In this document: piece after piece, positions 1 to 12,783 of the stretch | How positions within the stretch are numbered: position 1 is the stretch's first letter | Layout of the letters: every line of letters starts with the position of its first letter | NCBI GenBank assembly: GCA_977030845.1 | Contig: OZ365109.1 | Location: 57,350,001 to 57,414,000, forward strand | DNA from: Fimbriosthenelais zetlandica | Taxonomy: Eukaryota | Length of the DNA stretch: 64,000 nt | Direction: 5' to 3' | Position numbers and translations under genes: made by a program | The notes under the pieces: generated by a model | Told to the model about the DNA's origin: nothing | Databases searched by the model: none | Seen by the model: only the letters and a program-made list of their open reading frames with translations

Positions 1-459
1 GGACAGCCTTCTCATTTCATTAGAGCTGGCAGGTCTAAGGCCCTGATCCCTAGGTCAGACTAACAATCAGCCCTAGCAATCTTCAACACAATACATTGCC
101 TTTCACCTCCCCTCCCATCAGCTTCAGCTTATGTTACGCTTTATCCTCTCACAATCTCCGTCCCAGGACCCTTCTGCCTTGTGCTATACTCCATGCCAAT
201 ATCTCAGGAGTTACTGAAAACAAGGTTTCCAATACTGAGCCTAGGCTATGGAGGTAAGAACCAAAGACGAAGTGACACAGAGTATATCATCCCAATCTGA
301 TCCCTATCTCGAAATGGGATGAGAGACAGGATGGGCCCCATATAAAACATTCCGGTCATGAGGACTTGGTATCGATCCAATACCAATAAAAGCCATGTGC
401 AAACTTATGCAGCTTTAACAGGAACTTAGGTAGAATGCGTGACCAAGACCCTCAAGAAT

Positions 460-488
460 ACTGAAGGCATTCTGAAGGCATACTGAAG
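460..488. repeat. 11-bp tandem repeat, about 2.6 copies
   Basis: actgaaggcat tctgaaggcat actgaag. Confidence 0.85.
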
Positions 489-3400
489 AACGGACCACTA
501 TGCCAACCATTGCTTTTCTATGGCTATACTCATGTCATGTCCACTGCCCTTCGTGTCAAAGATCAGGCAATTGCTTTTGCCCATCGTCCACCCTTGGGCC
601 ATTACATTGGCCAATGGAATAGAGGACAAAATGCAATAACCAGTTGATATCCCGGTTCATATCAGAGATAAATCCAGTAGAGAGTATGTCCAGCACACAT
701 AATGTGTCTATATGAGCGAGTGATTGCCCTTTCCCTTCAACTCTGTATTGCTGGGCAAAGGCTTTGGTATATATAAGTTTCCATCCATCCATTCTGCCTT
801 CATTCCATCGATATTCAGTTATACAAACCAAAATACACAATCAGTTCCATCTCCAATTTGATCAGGCTTCTTTAAGATGGCAATATTTCGTGTTTGGCAA
901 TGCTGAGGCTAAGTGGAATGATGTGAAGGAATGAAAAATCCACATTGACAAAGGACATTCCCTCGAGGTTGTTTGTCCTTCACCCATCTCTGGTCAATGT
1001 CATATATCTATAATACTTAATCAAAGCACCCCCTCATTACTGTAGAGAGAAAGAGAGAGCGGCCAATTTAACAAGCTACCTACTCGTCCCCTGATGCTGA
1101 CTTATATTATTAACAGTCCCCATAGGGGAAGGACAAGGTCCGAGAAGGTCAAAGCTCCATTAAGTCTAGACTAGAACATCAATATGGGGCAAGAGAGTTA
1201 TCAACATGTGCCATTCACTGGTAGGACTGCATGAGACACGCGTATTAAGATCAGAGGGCCTTCCAGATTAAGTCAACAGGGCTGTCTCAACAAGAGGAAA
1301 TTGACTCTCACTACCCTAGCGGACCCAGAGGCACCCTTGTTAAATTTGGGTTTCCTGGGATGGCGGGGTCTCAAGTACAAGGACTTGTACGATAACGAAC
1401 TGAAGCGATGATCGAAAAGGAGGCTGACAGATGTACTTCACGACTTCTAATGGCTAGGGGTAGTACTAGTATAGAAATGTCGTATTTTAATTTTAATTTC
1501 AGAAGTTGTCAAATTGTATACTGTATAATATCCTTACCAGTGAATGGTACTTAATTTCAATGCATTAATGCAAATAGTGTCTATACATACTCAAAATGCA
1601 AGAACGAATCTTAAGTCTTTAAAGCATCAACTATGTTTCATTACACATTTGCTATTTCCCTGTCTCTTTTCCAATTAAAAATGCAATTCCAAGCACACAC
1701 AAATTTTTTGTTTCCTATCATTACTGCTGACTATGAATAGACCCCTGTAATGGTAAAACAATATGTCATCACAAAGAGAAAACCATTTACAGGACAACAT
1801 AATATTCTAATAAGACACACTCCATGCATATGCAATAGTTTATTTCAACCCAAGTATTCCATTACAACCACCTTACTCTAAGCAATGGCAATGTGAAATG
1901 ATATTTTCAGGGCAAAAAAGGGCAGATAGGAGATGTGAAGCTTTAACATACTGTCATTAGGAGGCGCACATAGAGCGAGTACGGGCGGTATATTAGGTGG
2001 ATTGGATGAAGTGATAGATGGGAGATAGCGCTGGGATCAGTGAGTACAGGTGATACATTCCCCTCTCTCCTCATCCACTTCTACATTATGAATATATCCT
2101 CTCTATATGGATTTATAAGCCTTAATGTCCTCCATGAAATGTTTATTCCCCAACACACCCCAGTGTATTATCTCCATTAAGACCATTGTTTAGAAAGCAA
2201 TTCATACCCGTACCTCTTGCAAATTTTATCCCTCCCACCATCGCTCATTTTTACATAACCATCTCCAAGTGAGATGGGGAACAAAGTTTGCTCTCCAACA
2301 AATTGGCATCTTCTCAATACAAAAGTTCCCTAATTACATTTAACCACGACTACCAAAGCCTTTTCCTTCCCGATGGACTCGGGAACAAGCTTTTCCGGGC
2401 ACTCAAGTGCCATACTGGTGCATAGGAAGGAGAGCATTTTGCTTAATTTAGTTGGGCACAGCCTGGCGTTAATTCCTAATTACTTACAGGCAATGAATAG
2501 CATGCCTATAATGGTAGAGTGGGCTGCAATGGGAGCACAAATGGCAATCTATCAAATGACTTAAGATATAAAAAAAGAGGGCTGCATGCAGATGGTCTGC
2601 TCCAGCGACACTAATAAGGAATCTTGTCAACAGGACCTGGGAGGCCAGCAGCTATCAATTCCTATATATTGTACACAGGGAAAGAACATGCAAATGGTGG
2701 AGTAGGCCTATAGATTGACCATGTCCTAACACAGATCCAATGTATTTCAGGCCTTCACAGTTAGGTACAGTTATCAGCTAAAAGGGGTGAACAGGAACAT
2801 GCAGTCTTTCATGAATAGACCATGAGCACATCATTGGATTTTTTCTTCTTTTCTTTTTAGGAAAGGGGGCGGGGGTCGGGATTAATCAATTGAAAGCAAC
2901 CAACTCTTTTTGTGAAGAGAAACAACACGCCTTGATCTTCATACAATTTATAAGAGTGCTCAGTAAATAATTAAAATAGGATATTATGGAGCAAGACACT
3001 AAAACAACATATGGACTAGCCTAACTTTGGAAGAACCAAAACATAATTCATATTATTATGAATCATGAATATGGAGCCAGTCGTTATCTCACGATGTGGC
3101 TAATTACAAACCTCGTATAGACTTAGTCAATCTTATCTTTATGTCGTATTCATATGTAAACGTACATACATTGATACATATATACTTATATATCAGTCAT
3201 GGAAGGGAAGCTGAAAGGCTTTTTCAGTGATATTGATGCTCCAAAAACCCTCAAAACTGATTACATATTTTCAGTTGATTGAGGCCAAATTCGGACATGT
3301 AGCACGCTCCTACAGCAAGGTGGACTGACAATTTCTCATCAGTTGATAGTCTCTGACCATACCTAACCCATTACTTTCTATTCCATTAATTATACAACCA

Positions 3401-5245
3401 AAAAGTCACTTTAATTTGCAAGTCAGTGGATTGTCTGTCAAAAGTAGCAGACACATTTAATCTTTAATTAAGAAACACTAATTTGCAGCAAATAAATACA
3501 AGACCTATAAAACTTCAAACGAAAGGTTCCTTTTCTCCTTCTCTCTGCTTTATAATTAATTAATATTAAGTCTGTGCACCCCTCTATAATGAGTATAAGG
3601 ATGCGGACTGACTAATATATACAATCCTCTTATATCCTTCTTGAAGCCATAGCGACTTTCATTTTCATTTTTGCTCATTTATCTCTGCGGTTTAAGACTT
3701 GGACATTCTGATATGTAGATTTATGCCGGGGGAGACAGACATAGTCATGATTTTTAATACAGGATGTACCTCAGAATGAACAGATTTTAATAGTATATCT
3801 TAATGTGGTACAAGATACAAGACTTATGGAACATCATCCAAATGAGAAGTAGGATCTGGTAAGTGTATGAAGATGTGTTCACAATGTGAACCGGGCTCAG
3901 AGAACGAAGTCATACCTCTTCTTGGAAGCAGTATATATCACTGTATCAATTCTCTATAGGGAAATGAGAGGGCATCATTTGCATCTGATAAGCCAAAGTT
4001 TCCTGCAAATCGTCCACATCAGGAATGGCAAGCCCATTAGATATCTATTGATAAGGGGCAGTCATAGGATTGCATTCTCGTTAGTGGGGCAGAGAAGGAG
4101 GCTCCTGCCATCCACTTGTTCTGGCCAGCGGACAAAGCAAAGTAGGAATCAGTGGAGGAGGGTGAGCTTTGAGAGGCCTGAGGGAGGCATTGCTTGAGTT
4201 ACATAGTGATTTGTAATGTTGATGGTGCTGGGGGACAGGGTGGGAATAGACGGGATAACATGTACAGGGGGAATGGGGAGTTTCAAGCAAGGGAGACGAT
4301 ATGGAAAGGGGATAATGAAAATGGAAGGGGAGATAACGGAAAAGTAAGCAGGGTGAAAGTGAAAATTAAAGAAAAAACTATATGTATACACACATACATA
4401 TAACATGAGTAACCGCATCAGAACTACAAAGCTGAAGAACACAAATATCATAATACTATGTGAGGAAGCTTTTATCTACAATGCGATAAAATATCATTGC
4501 TTAAATTGCAATTTCCTCATACTGTAAGTACATACAACTTGCAATTCATCGCCAATAAAAGACTCCAATGAATGCTTCAGGTTTGAGATTGATCGATAAA
4601 GTGACAAGATGGGGAGGTGGATGGATGGGTGGATGAATAAATGAAGGAAGTGGCAATGAGCTGAAAGCCTGGGGCTATTTATCATGAGAAAAGCAAGATA
4701 TGTGCCTATAGAGACTGGAAATGGTTATAAAGTAGATAAACAGAACTGATGTACCGTGGCAAACTTATGTTATAATATATTTTAATATTGAGCACGTGTT
4801 ATGCAGATGAAAATGGCCAATCCAAGACGCCAAATTTGCTTGCGGCAGGCACATGACATGATACCTCACCCAGTCACATTATGCTGACACCAGGCCGACT
4901 AGTCCTAGCACTGTCCTCTTATTGCTGACTGCCAAGCGAGGGAGCTCTTGTCCCATGATTTTTTTTTAGTTTCTGGTATGACCCGTAGTTACAGCGGTCT
5001 GGGTATCTGATGCTAGCACGAGTCATTTCCCAAAAAATAATTTTATTTGTTTTTGTGGTAGGCCTAATGTCACTTGTTCGCCGTAGCTCTTTGCTTAAAT
5101 TAATACAATAAATAATGAAAGACAGGAAATTATGCAAGCTACAATGAACTTATAACATAGCATATATCACGACTGGTGGAGGTCTACTTTTTCCACAACA
5201 GGTGCTAAAAAGTAACGATAAGACAAACGTGTCTGATAAATTGAC

Positions 5246-5380
5246 TTGGCGCCACATTTGCCGTGGGAGAGAAAGCAAAGCCGACGGTTAGTTGTAGCGC
5301 CTCTAGCATCCTCTCCCGCCATGTCTATCGATTGTGGCAGACGACATTTGTCCTCGCTTTGTTCTACTTCCGCTTCCGGT
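5246..5380 (-). promoter_or_regulatory. CpG-rich promoter-like element (tandem ETS/GABP, YY1/Kozak-like ATGGCG, E2F-like sites)
   Basis: The minus strand has ACCGGAAGCGGAAGT (5380-5366), then acATGGCGggag (ATG at 5322-5320). TTGGCGCC lies at 5246-5253. Local CpG density is clearly above the flanks. This is motif evidence only. Confidence 0.5.
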
Positions 5381-8300
5381 TATTTATTGATTTGCACTTT
5401 GTAGTCTTTAAATCATATTTGTCTGTCAGTGAAAGACTGGTCTTTGATTGCCGGGGTTTTTTCTAGCACCTTTCTTCATTAAAGTGAAGCTTTGAATCTT
5501 TGATCAGGAATAAATTTGCATTTGCTGGGGAAGATGAAACCATTTGGACAAGCTATAATACTGGGGATGGGAAGGATAAAGAGCTTCAAAATACACCAAT
5601 GATGGGGCAAGGCGACCAGGCACAAGTATAATAGATGCCCAACTGACTACAATCTAGAGAAAATCCATACTAGACATGGAAATCCATTTATAAGCGGAAA
5701 GGTTTGCATACCTTTACTATATAGGTCATACTGGATCATCACAGAATTCAACAGAATTATTCTACCTCTAGAGTCTAATGTATATTTCATAGGCAGTGAG
5801 ATTACTTATCTGGTCGTACTGAATACAATAAAAACTGCTGAGGGAATGGTTGGAAAACATCACCCTTTTGAACTTGTACAATAGTACCATTAAAATGACC
5901 GGACTAACAGAAAACTGGGTTGTTTCAGTTTTTGAGGACATAGCAATGGAACTTGACCCCCGAGGGATTTATCTTACCGTCTGTAGCTTGCGACTATTTC
6001 AATGGCACTGCATTCCAACGTGGGTCATTTAACAGGTTAGGTCCAAACTAAAGAGGTATAGTACATCAAGGCTACAGGCTCTAACCGCCCACCACCCAGG
6101 CACACACATCCATCAGTGCTGTCAGAGGCCAGAGCGCGCACTGAGGTCTATACCATGCCAGCATTTCCTTCATTTAAGAAAATCACCAAAACACGTTCTC
6201 TTTGATGTTTTTTTACAATAATAATTCATGAACGTTTTGAAAATAGTAAGCTGTTGAAAAACAAGTAAGAGAATTATGGTTGTTAATGTTTAATAAATTT
6301 TAAATAAGTATTAATAAGCTGTTCCCTTTCTGATTTCAAGCCTTCACTAAGCTGCATTAAATCACGAGGAGCCCTACTGCCACCTGTAAGAGCCTTGGGA
6401 TGAGGGGTGGCAATGTGGCAATGTGTCTGGAATAAGTTCCTAACATCAGCTCTTAAGAAATAACAGTTGTGGTGGGAATTGTATCACATTTGTATGCAGG
6501 GTGCAATACCTGAACAGACTACTGAAGTCGATCACGCACTTACGGAACTCTATATTGGTAGGAAAGGGAGGTTGGGGTGCATTCCTTACTATATTATTTT
6601 TTGATACATGAGTCTATAGTCGACATAAGTCCACCTACTGACACCAAGACCAAAAGAAGCCATTCATTTAGATGGCGGATCCATAAATCCTGTGGGAAAA
6701 TGAATGATGTGCATGCTTTCTGCCTACTCTCGCAATGCAGTACTTCCCATGAACTGTCTTATTTTATTTCAAGATGGCAGACTTGCAATTAAAGATGTGA
6801 TTTTTATGGTAGCGAGTATCAGAAATGTAGCTTGGGCACTTAACTAACGTTCGTTGGGAAGGCAGCAAGCAAATGTCGACGGAAAATGGCACCAGCTCTA
6901 CTGAAGGCTATGAATTTGGTAGACTAAAAATCCTATCACAAAGAAAATGAATTCAAAACTGTCATTTTAGAAGTTATTATGTATTTTTATGTATTGTATT
7001 ATTTCTATGGTAAATGGACTGAATGGAAGCTTCTCCATCGGTTTTCCCTGCATCTAACTGGTGCAATTAACCCCAGGACATATACCTATCAATGGAATGA
7101 AATATCAATCCCTGCAATTACATTCACAAAAGCCTAATTCTACTGCCACATTAGGACGAGCTTGACATTTAAAGTAAATAATAATTTCAGTACTGTAGGA
7201 CTCAGTATCAGGACATGATTGAAGTTTAGAGATATCATTTGTTCTGGTAGAAAGCACCTTGTTTAGCTCCTGCCCACCATCAGCTAGTGTCTAATTCACT
7301 TCTGAGAGCAGCTCCATTTATCACGGCCTGTCTACTCCCAGCCGGATGCCACTAGTTCCCTCCCTAAAAGTGCCATTTAAAGTCTAAAAGCTTCAAGATT
7401 GGATGGAATGGGGGGAAAGCTTCTTGCCATTTGACAACCCTCAAGGATTTGCCGCTCGTTCATGACTATATTATCGGACAGTGGACTGCAGTCACATCAG
7501 CAACCCAAGAGAAATATAGGGAATGAAAGGCATTTGGCATAATGATCAAACAGACAGGTCTGCAGTAGAAAATCCGATGAAGAAGTCTCGGTCAACATTT
7601 TTGAGAAATCTTTTTAGGGGAATTGAATACTCATGTCATGCTATTACAAAATATCGAGGAACCAAAAGCTGAAAAAACATACTTTGTTTTAAAGGAGTGG
7701 TAGGGCTAGCAGTTGAACAGGAGATGGTAAAGGCAGAGCCGAAAATGCATATAAGTAGATCAGCAGATCTTATCTTCAAAATAGTATCCCAGATATACCA
7801 ACAGATAATCCTCATCAGACATTGCTGGTAATACCCCATACTTCACCCACCCAAATACGCATCCCAACAGAATTTAAGGATGTAATCATCTTTCTCCCTG
7901 GCATCCTCTTTCCTCACTCATGGTGGGGATAGCTACATTTGTAACTTCCTGAATCGTTCTATGATCATGCGCACTGTCCATTTGAGACTTCCGGTGGGCA
8001 GGAATGACCTGTTGTTAGTGAACTTCAGCTAGTACTAGATGGTCATCCATCTCTTTAATTTTCCTGTAATATCGCCCGTGCTTTCCGGAGATACTACAGA
8101 GATTAGATTGATCAAGAATAAGGAAACATTACGAAGCCCAAGGAGGAAGAGATAAATCAACACTTTCCAAGACTTCATCAACATTTAGAACTTTCGGGAC
8201 TAGGTCTTCGATCAATATAAAGCTGAATATCACAGAAACTGCTGAATCAAATACATCATAATGGTTTTATGTGACCATGACTAAGAAAGAGGGTCAACCA

Positions 8301-11300
8301 TCTAAAGGGGGGACTGAAAATTAGAGTGCTGTTAAAAGGGTTGGATTTTTTTGCTAACTGTATCAATAACAGCGCATTTACTCAGAAATGATTAGCTAAA
8401 GGGGTTCAATGAAAATAAACTTTGAGATGAAAATACACGTATCAACGGACTGACTATTAAACAGACAAATTTATCAGAGATTATTACAATGCCATATGTT
8501 GCTTCATGCCCCTTTAATAAAACTAGGGCCTGTTAGACATGGCAAAACATGTTAACCTTGCTTGTGATTGCCAATAGAAGACATGTTAGAGCACGGCTCA
8601 GCTAATGGGGAGATTTTAAATGAGGTGATCTGTGGTCTACAGACTCTTAACGGGGTGTGAATGACCTGCCTCTCACAGCATTGCTATGAATAGAGAGGCG
8701 ATCTAGTCGTACTGCTATAAGATCATCTCAAATAAAATACCCCATAGGGAAAGGAGAGCACAGTTGACACTGGGAGTCAGCATTGATGCATTACTTTCAA
8801 GTCTTTTCTTTCATTTTCCCATCCCGAGTGTGGGAGACACGTGTCAACCATTAACAAGATTAATAAGAGCTGGTGGTAGGGCAGCATTATAGGAGCGGAG
8901 ATATAAAAATCAATAGACGGGGTGTGCTCATCATGTACTGATCAATGATAAAGAGGCAAGATGTGAGCTGCTCCAACCAGGAACCCTGCCCTCCTCCACT
9001 CCCTCACAGATTGATCCATTTAACCAAGTGTCTACTTTTATTGTCCGGGGCAAGTGCTCTTCACAAGGCTAGAGGTACTTGTAATAAAGAGACTATTATA
9101 TTCTTCAGTTTTTTCCACAAGGTGTGTCCTCTTTTGGGTATAGGAACTAAAAGAGAATACAAGATCTGAGCATAAAGGATACTTATACAGAGGACCTCTT
9201 AGAATGACCCTGAGCCATTGACAAGACATGTCTCTTTCCTCACCACCTGTTTCTCTATCTACCCAGGATCGTCTCTGGAGTTCTTTTCTTTTATAACCAT
9301 ACCCCGGGAACCAAAGTTCCATTTCCAATTGAATATTCTTTTTGCGTGAAAGAAGACTTTAAATTGGGACCCAAGGGAAAGGCAGGTGAATACATGCCCG
9401 AGAAAGACCTTAAGAAGAAAAAAGATTTTGCTGATATTCTTTCAGTAAAGCTGGCATTGAGGGTGTAAAGGATAAGTGTTTTGCAGAGAAAACATCAAGA
9501 TTTTGTCAAAGAAACACGAACAGAATAAGTTACAATAACAAAATATATTGCTCTGACAGAAAACATGCAGTCGACTGACAAAGTGCAGTTTGTTCTTGAA
9601 AAACATTTTTTCCTTGAAATATTTCACATTCAATATGAGTTCCATCCTATAAGGACTGCAAGTTATGAAACAGTAGGACTTTTTCTTTCCCTAAAGTGTC
9701 AATTTCCAATTTTCCCTGTTTCGACTGAAGATTGATGGCTACATATGGAAGTAATTTCCCCTTTTCAGGTCCCCAGTGCGGGTCCAATGTTCACTTGGGT
9801 CACGCAGTATACACTGAACTGGTGTGAACGATGGTCTGCTGATATTGAGCAATGCACTGAGCCATAGAGACTGAGGGAAATTGAACATGCATGGGATTCA
9901 TCACTATTGGACCAAGAGGCCGAGGGAAAACCCCCAGCCCAAAGCTATGTTTATCATCATGCCATCTGAAAATCGATGGATCCCGATCTTGCTCTCATGA
10001 AGGACACAGTAGCTGAGAGAAAGGCAAAGGCAAAGCTAGTATTTAACATTAAAGAGACTGTGAGGTCCTTGATTAAATGCTTGCTGTTTATCTTATGTCC
10101 AATTGATTCTGAGACTCAATGGCATCTGCACTTACTTAATGGAGTTATAACTTTAATTCTCCCGTAAGCAGAGATTTATCAGCGCCAGCATTTGATTACT
10201 GCTCAATTGTAATCAGCGTAAAAGGAACCTCGGCTCTCAATAGCACCTCCGAGGAAACAAGCATTGCTATTTTTCCTTTGCATTTCATCTTTATTGTACA
10301 CTTGAAACTCTGCCAATCGCAACTAGATTTATGGGTCTGGTAGCAGAGGCTGAATGTGATCATAGATTGCATGGCAGGGGTCATTGGCCTCCATGATAAA
10401 TGCATTCCTGGTAAGGTTGTAATTTGGTAAGTCCACCCAATAGCTCTCTATATGCTAGCTCTTCTGTTTAGTAAGGAAAGAGGTCCCACGTGATCTATGT
10501 AATCATGTGATATGATCCATCCCATAATACTCTTGTGGAGACACTTGGTAGTGACATTTATCTTCCCAGAGGGCCGCTTAGCCACGTGTAAAAACGGTCA
10601 TATATAAGGCACGTCAAGACTATGACAAAGAATCATGTCTCCTACAGATGACCCCTTCCATTTATACGTGTAAAGTGATAAATTGAGACAATGGCTTTAA
10701 ACAAATAATCCTTCTCAGTACCATCTTTATTGCTGAGCCTATTAAGCAGTGGGAGGTATTATAGTTTATGTTATGGGGTAATATCTTTCATGGTTAGTTA
10801 ATACTGAAGGAAAGCTTACACGCTTGTTTAGTCCACAGGCATAGAAAGACAATACCATATTTCATTTCCATCTAATCACTGCCGAGTATTCCTGTTCATT
10901 GCTTCCCATACAATAGCGTGTCATCGCATCACATCAGCGATTTTCAGTATTCTCATTTTGTCCAATCTTCACTGGCAGAAAACATTTATATTGGAAACAG
11001 GAAGACACTGAATACAGCTATATTCAAATTTGCAATTTCAGTGATGTATTTGACTGTGGCTTTACATATTTATAAGGTCATAAAATACTGCTCAAATTGA
11101 TTCATAAACGTATATTTTGAGTTGAAACATATAATCTATACTCTTTGCAATGATCCCATATCTGCAACACCTTGATGCAATTTGTCATAAGATCTGATAT
11201 GCATGATATAATTAGAAGACCATGTTCCCTTCTGTTTCAATATTGCAGACTAGTCTGAGCAGACTCTGTCTGAGCAGTTGCTCCCATTCCTGACTATAGT

Positions 11301-12714
11301 TCACAAACCACAATCCCTACCTTCATTAGGACCCTTACATTTTTGCCAGACTTTTCCTAATGATGTCTACGTCCACTTCCTGGTCCTCTCACTATGCCAG
11401 TCTCCCAATCCTACCTCGCCTCTAATATACTTATGGACTAGTCCCTGGGTACTCTTTCTCTCCTATTCGCTCACATTCTCTCCCTCTATTTGCTAGTGTA
11501 ACATCAGCTTCATTAGTTGAATATGAGGATAAAATCCAACAGCGGATTCAAGGTTCCAATACAGTATATATAGCTCATATTAGATTGACAAAACGTATTC
11601 AATTTCTCTGGCACTGAAATAAATTCAACTATACAGCTACAGGTTTCTAAGCCAGCCATATGAATGTATTTGAATATCCCAAAAATTCTCAAATCTGGGA
11701 CATGTTTTCTCTGATCTCACTGAAAATTGAGATAAAAATGTGGGACCTGAAATTAGGCAATGCCGAGAAGGGTAGCATCCTTGCCAACACATCTTTGTTA
11801 AGTATCATTACAATCCATCTACAAAAAAACAAAAAACAAAACCGGAGATAATCTATCTGCCGGTGAATTAACTTTCCTCACATTTCAGTTTTAATCTTAT
11901 CTCTCCATGGAGGCTGATTCACGCGCGCTTTTTCAGTCCTTTCAGCGGAAGCCAAACCATGCAATAGGATTAAAGCTGCATTGTGAGAAGCAAGCAAATT
12001 GGGTGTATATCACCGATAAGCACCTCTCCTTGAAAAATAAACTTTGTTTGGGTTAGGCTAAGCGTTTGTGGGCCTTTAATTGGTATTTGAGTCTTGACTA
12101 TTATGTTAGACATTAACTTCACAGCGTCTGGCCATTGGCTTCGTCCCTCGTTGGCACGGCTAACTGGTCATCCGGGAAACAAAATCACACACTTGACTGA
12201 AGCTCACACACCAAACGACATTTGGACTTCACTTTCCGCCAAAACACCTACAGTCCAACCGATAGTCAGAGTATAAGGACTTGTGATTGGGATAATAAAC
12301 AATCCTGAAGCGAAGGGTTTTCCAGTACGCCACAGTCACTACACATTAATGAATACTCTGCCTGGGGGTACGGCTATATATAGTTAGCAGAGGGAGAACG
12401 GGAAAACCTCTGAAGTATCGAGCGCCAACCCATTCGGAATGATATAAATTGCCTCCAGCGAGATAATTAGAATTTTCCATGTAATAGGACAGTCTTTGTG
12501 CTGGATGAACTCTAGTTCACGATAACAGGACCCAACTATAATTGCTATACCAAAGACCCTTTTTTGAAAAGTTCGGCTTTTGAGCACTATTTTATTGTCC
12601 AGTTGCCATGTTTAAATGTGACCACATGAAGCATCTGTGCCTGCTTTTACATACAGAGGAGGTATTTGACATGGAAAGCTGGTTTTAAAAGCCAGCAATT
12701 CATCCTGTTCTCAC

Positions 12715-12783
12715 CAAAATTGGCAGTTAATACAACATCGGCGAGTAATACAGGCAATACACACGTAGCCAATGTGTCGCTCC
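12715..12783 (-). other. Candidate cryptic/poison cassette exon (69 nt)
   Basis: Strong acceptor tttatttgtctttcttttatcctccttcag and donor TTG|GTGAGA. In phase 0 it reads GATHWLRVYCLYYSPMLY-stop. No expression evidence. Confidence 0.3.

Noticed and set aside
1530-1600. Minus-strand ...ATT CAC TG|GTAAGG resembling the LHW end of the DPY19 first exon
   Set aside because: It lies downstream of the identified exon (wrong order), has an in-frame stop about 18 codons earlier, and is not a TM helix.
2865-2880. 16-bp GGGGGCGGGGGTCGGG identical to minus-strand 27311-27296
   Set aside because: Low-complexity G-rich match with no flanking similarity.
3916-3953. 38-nt pseudo-exon (ccctatag|...GAG|GTATGA) encoding RIDTVIYTASKK
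   Set aside because: No DPY19 similarity and not frame-preserving. Such pseudo-exons are expected by chance.
8395-8517. Possible Kolobok-type TTAA/AGGGG ends
   Set aside because: Only about 5 bp of terminal match, and the left TTAA is imperfect.
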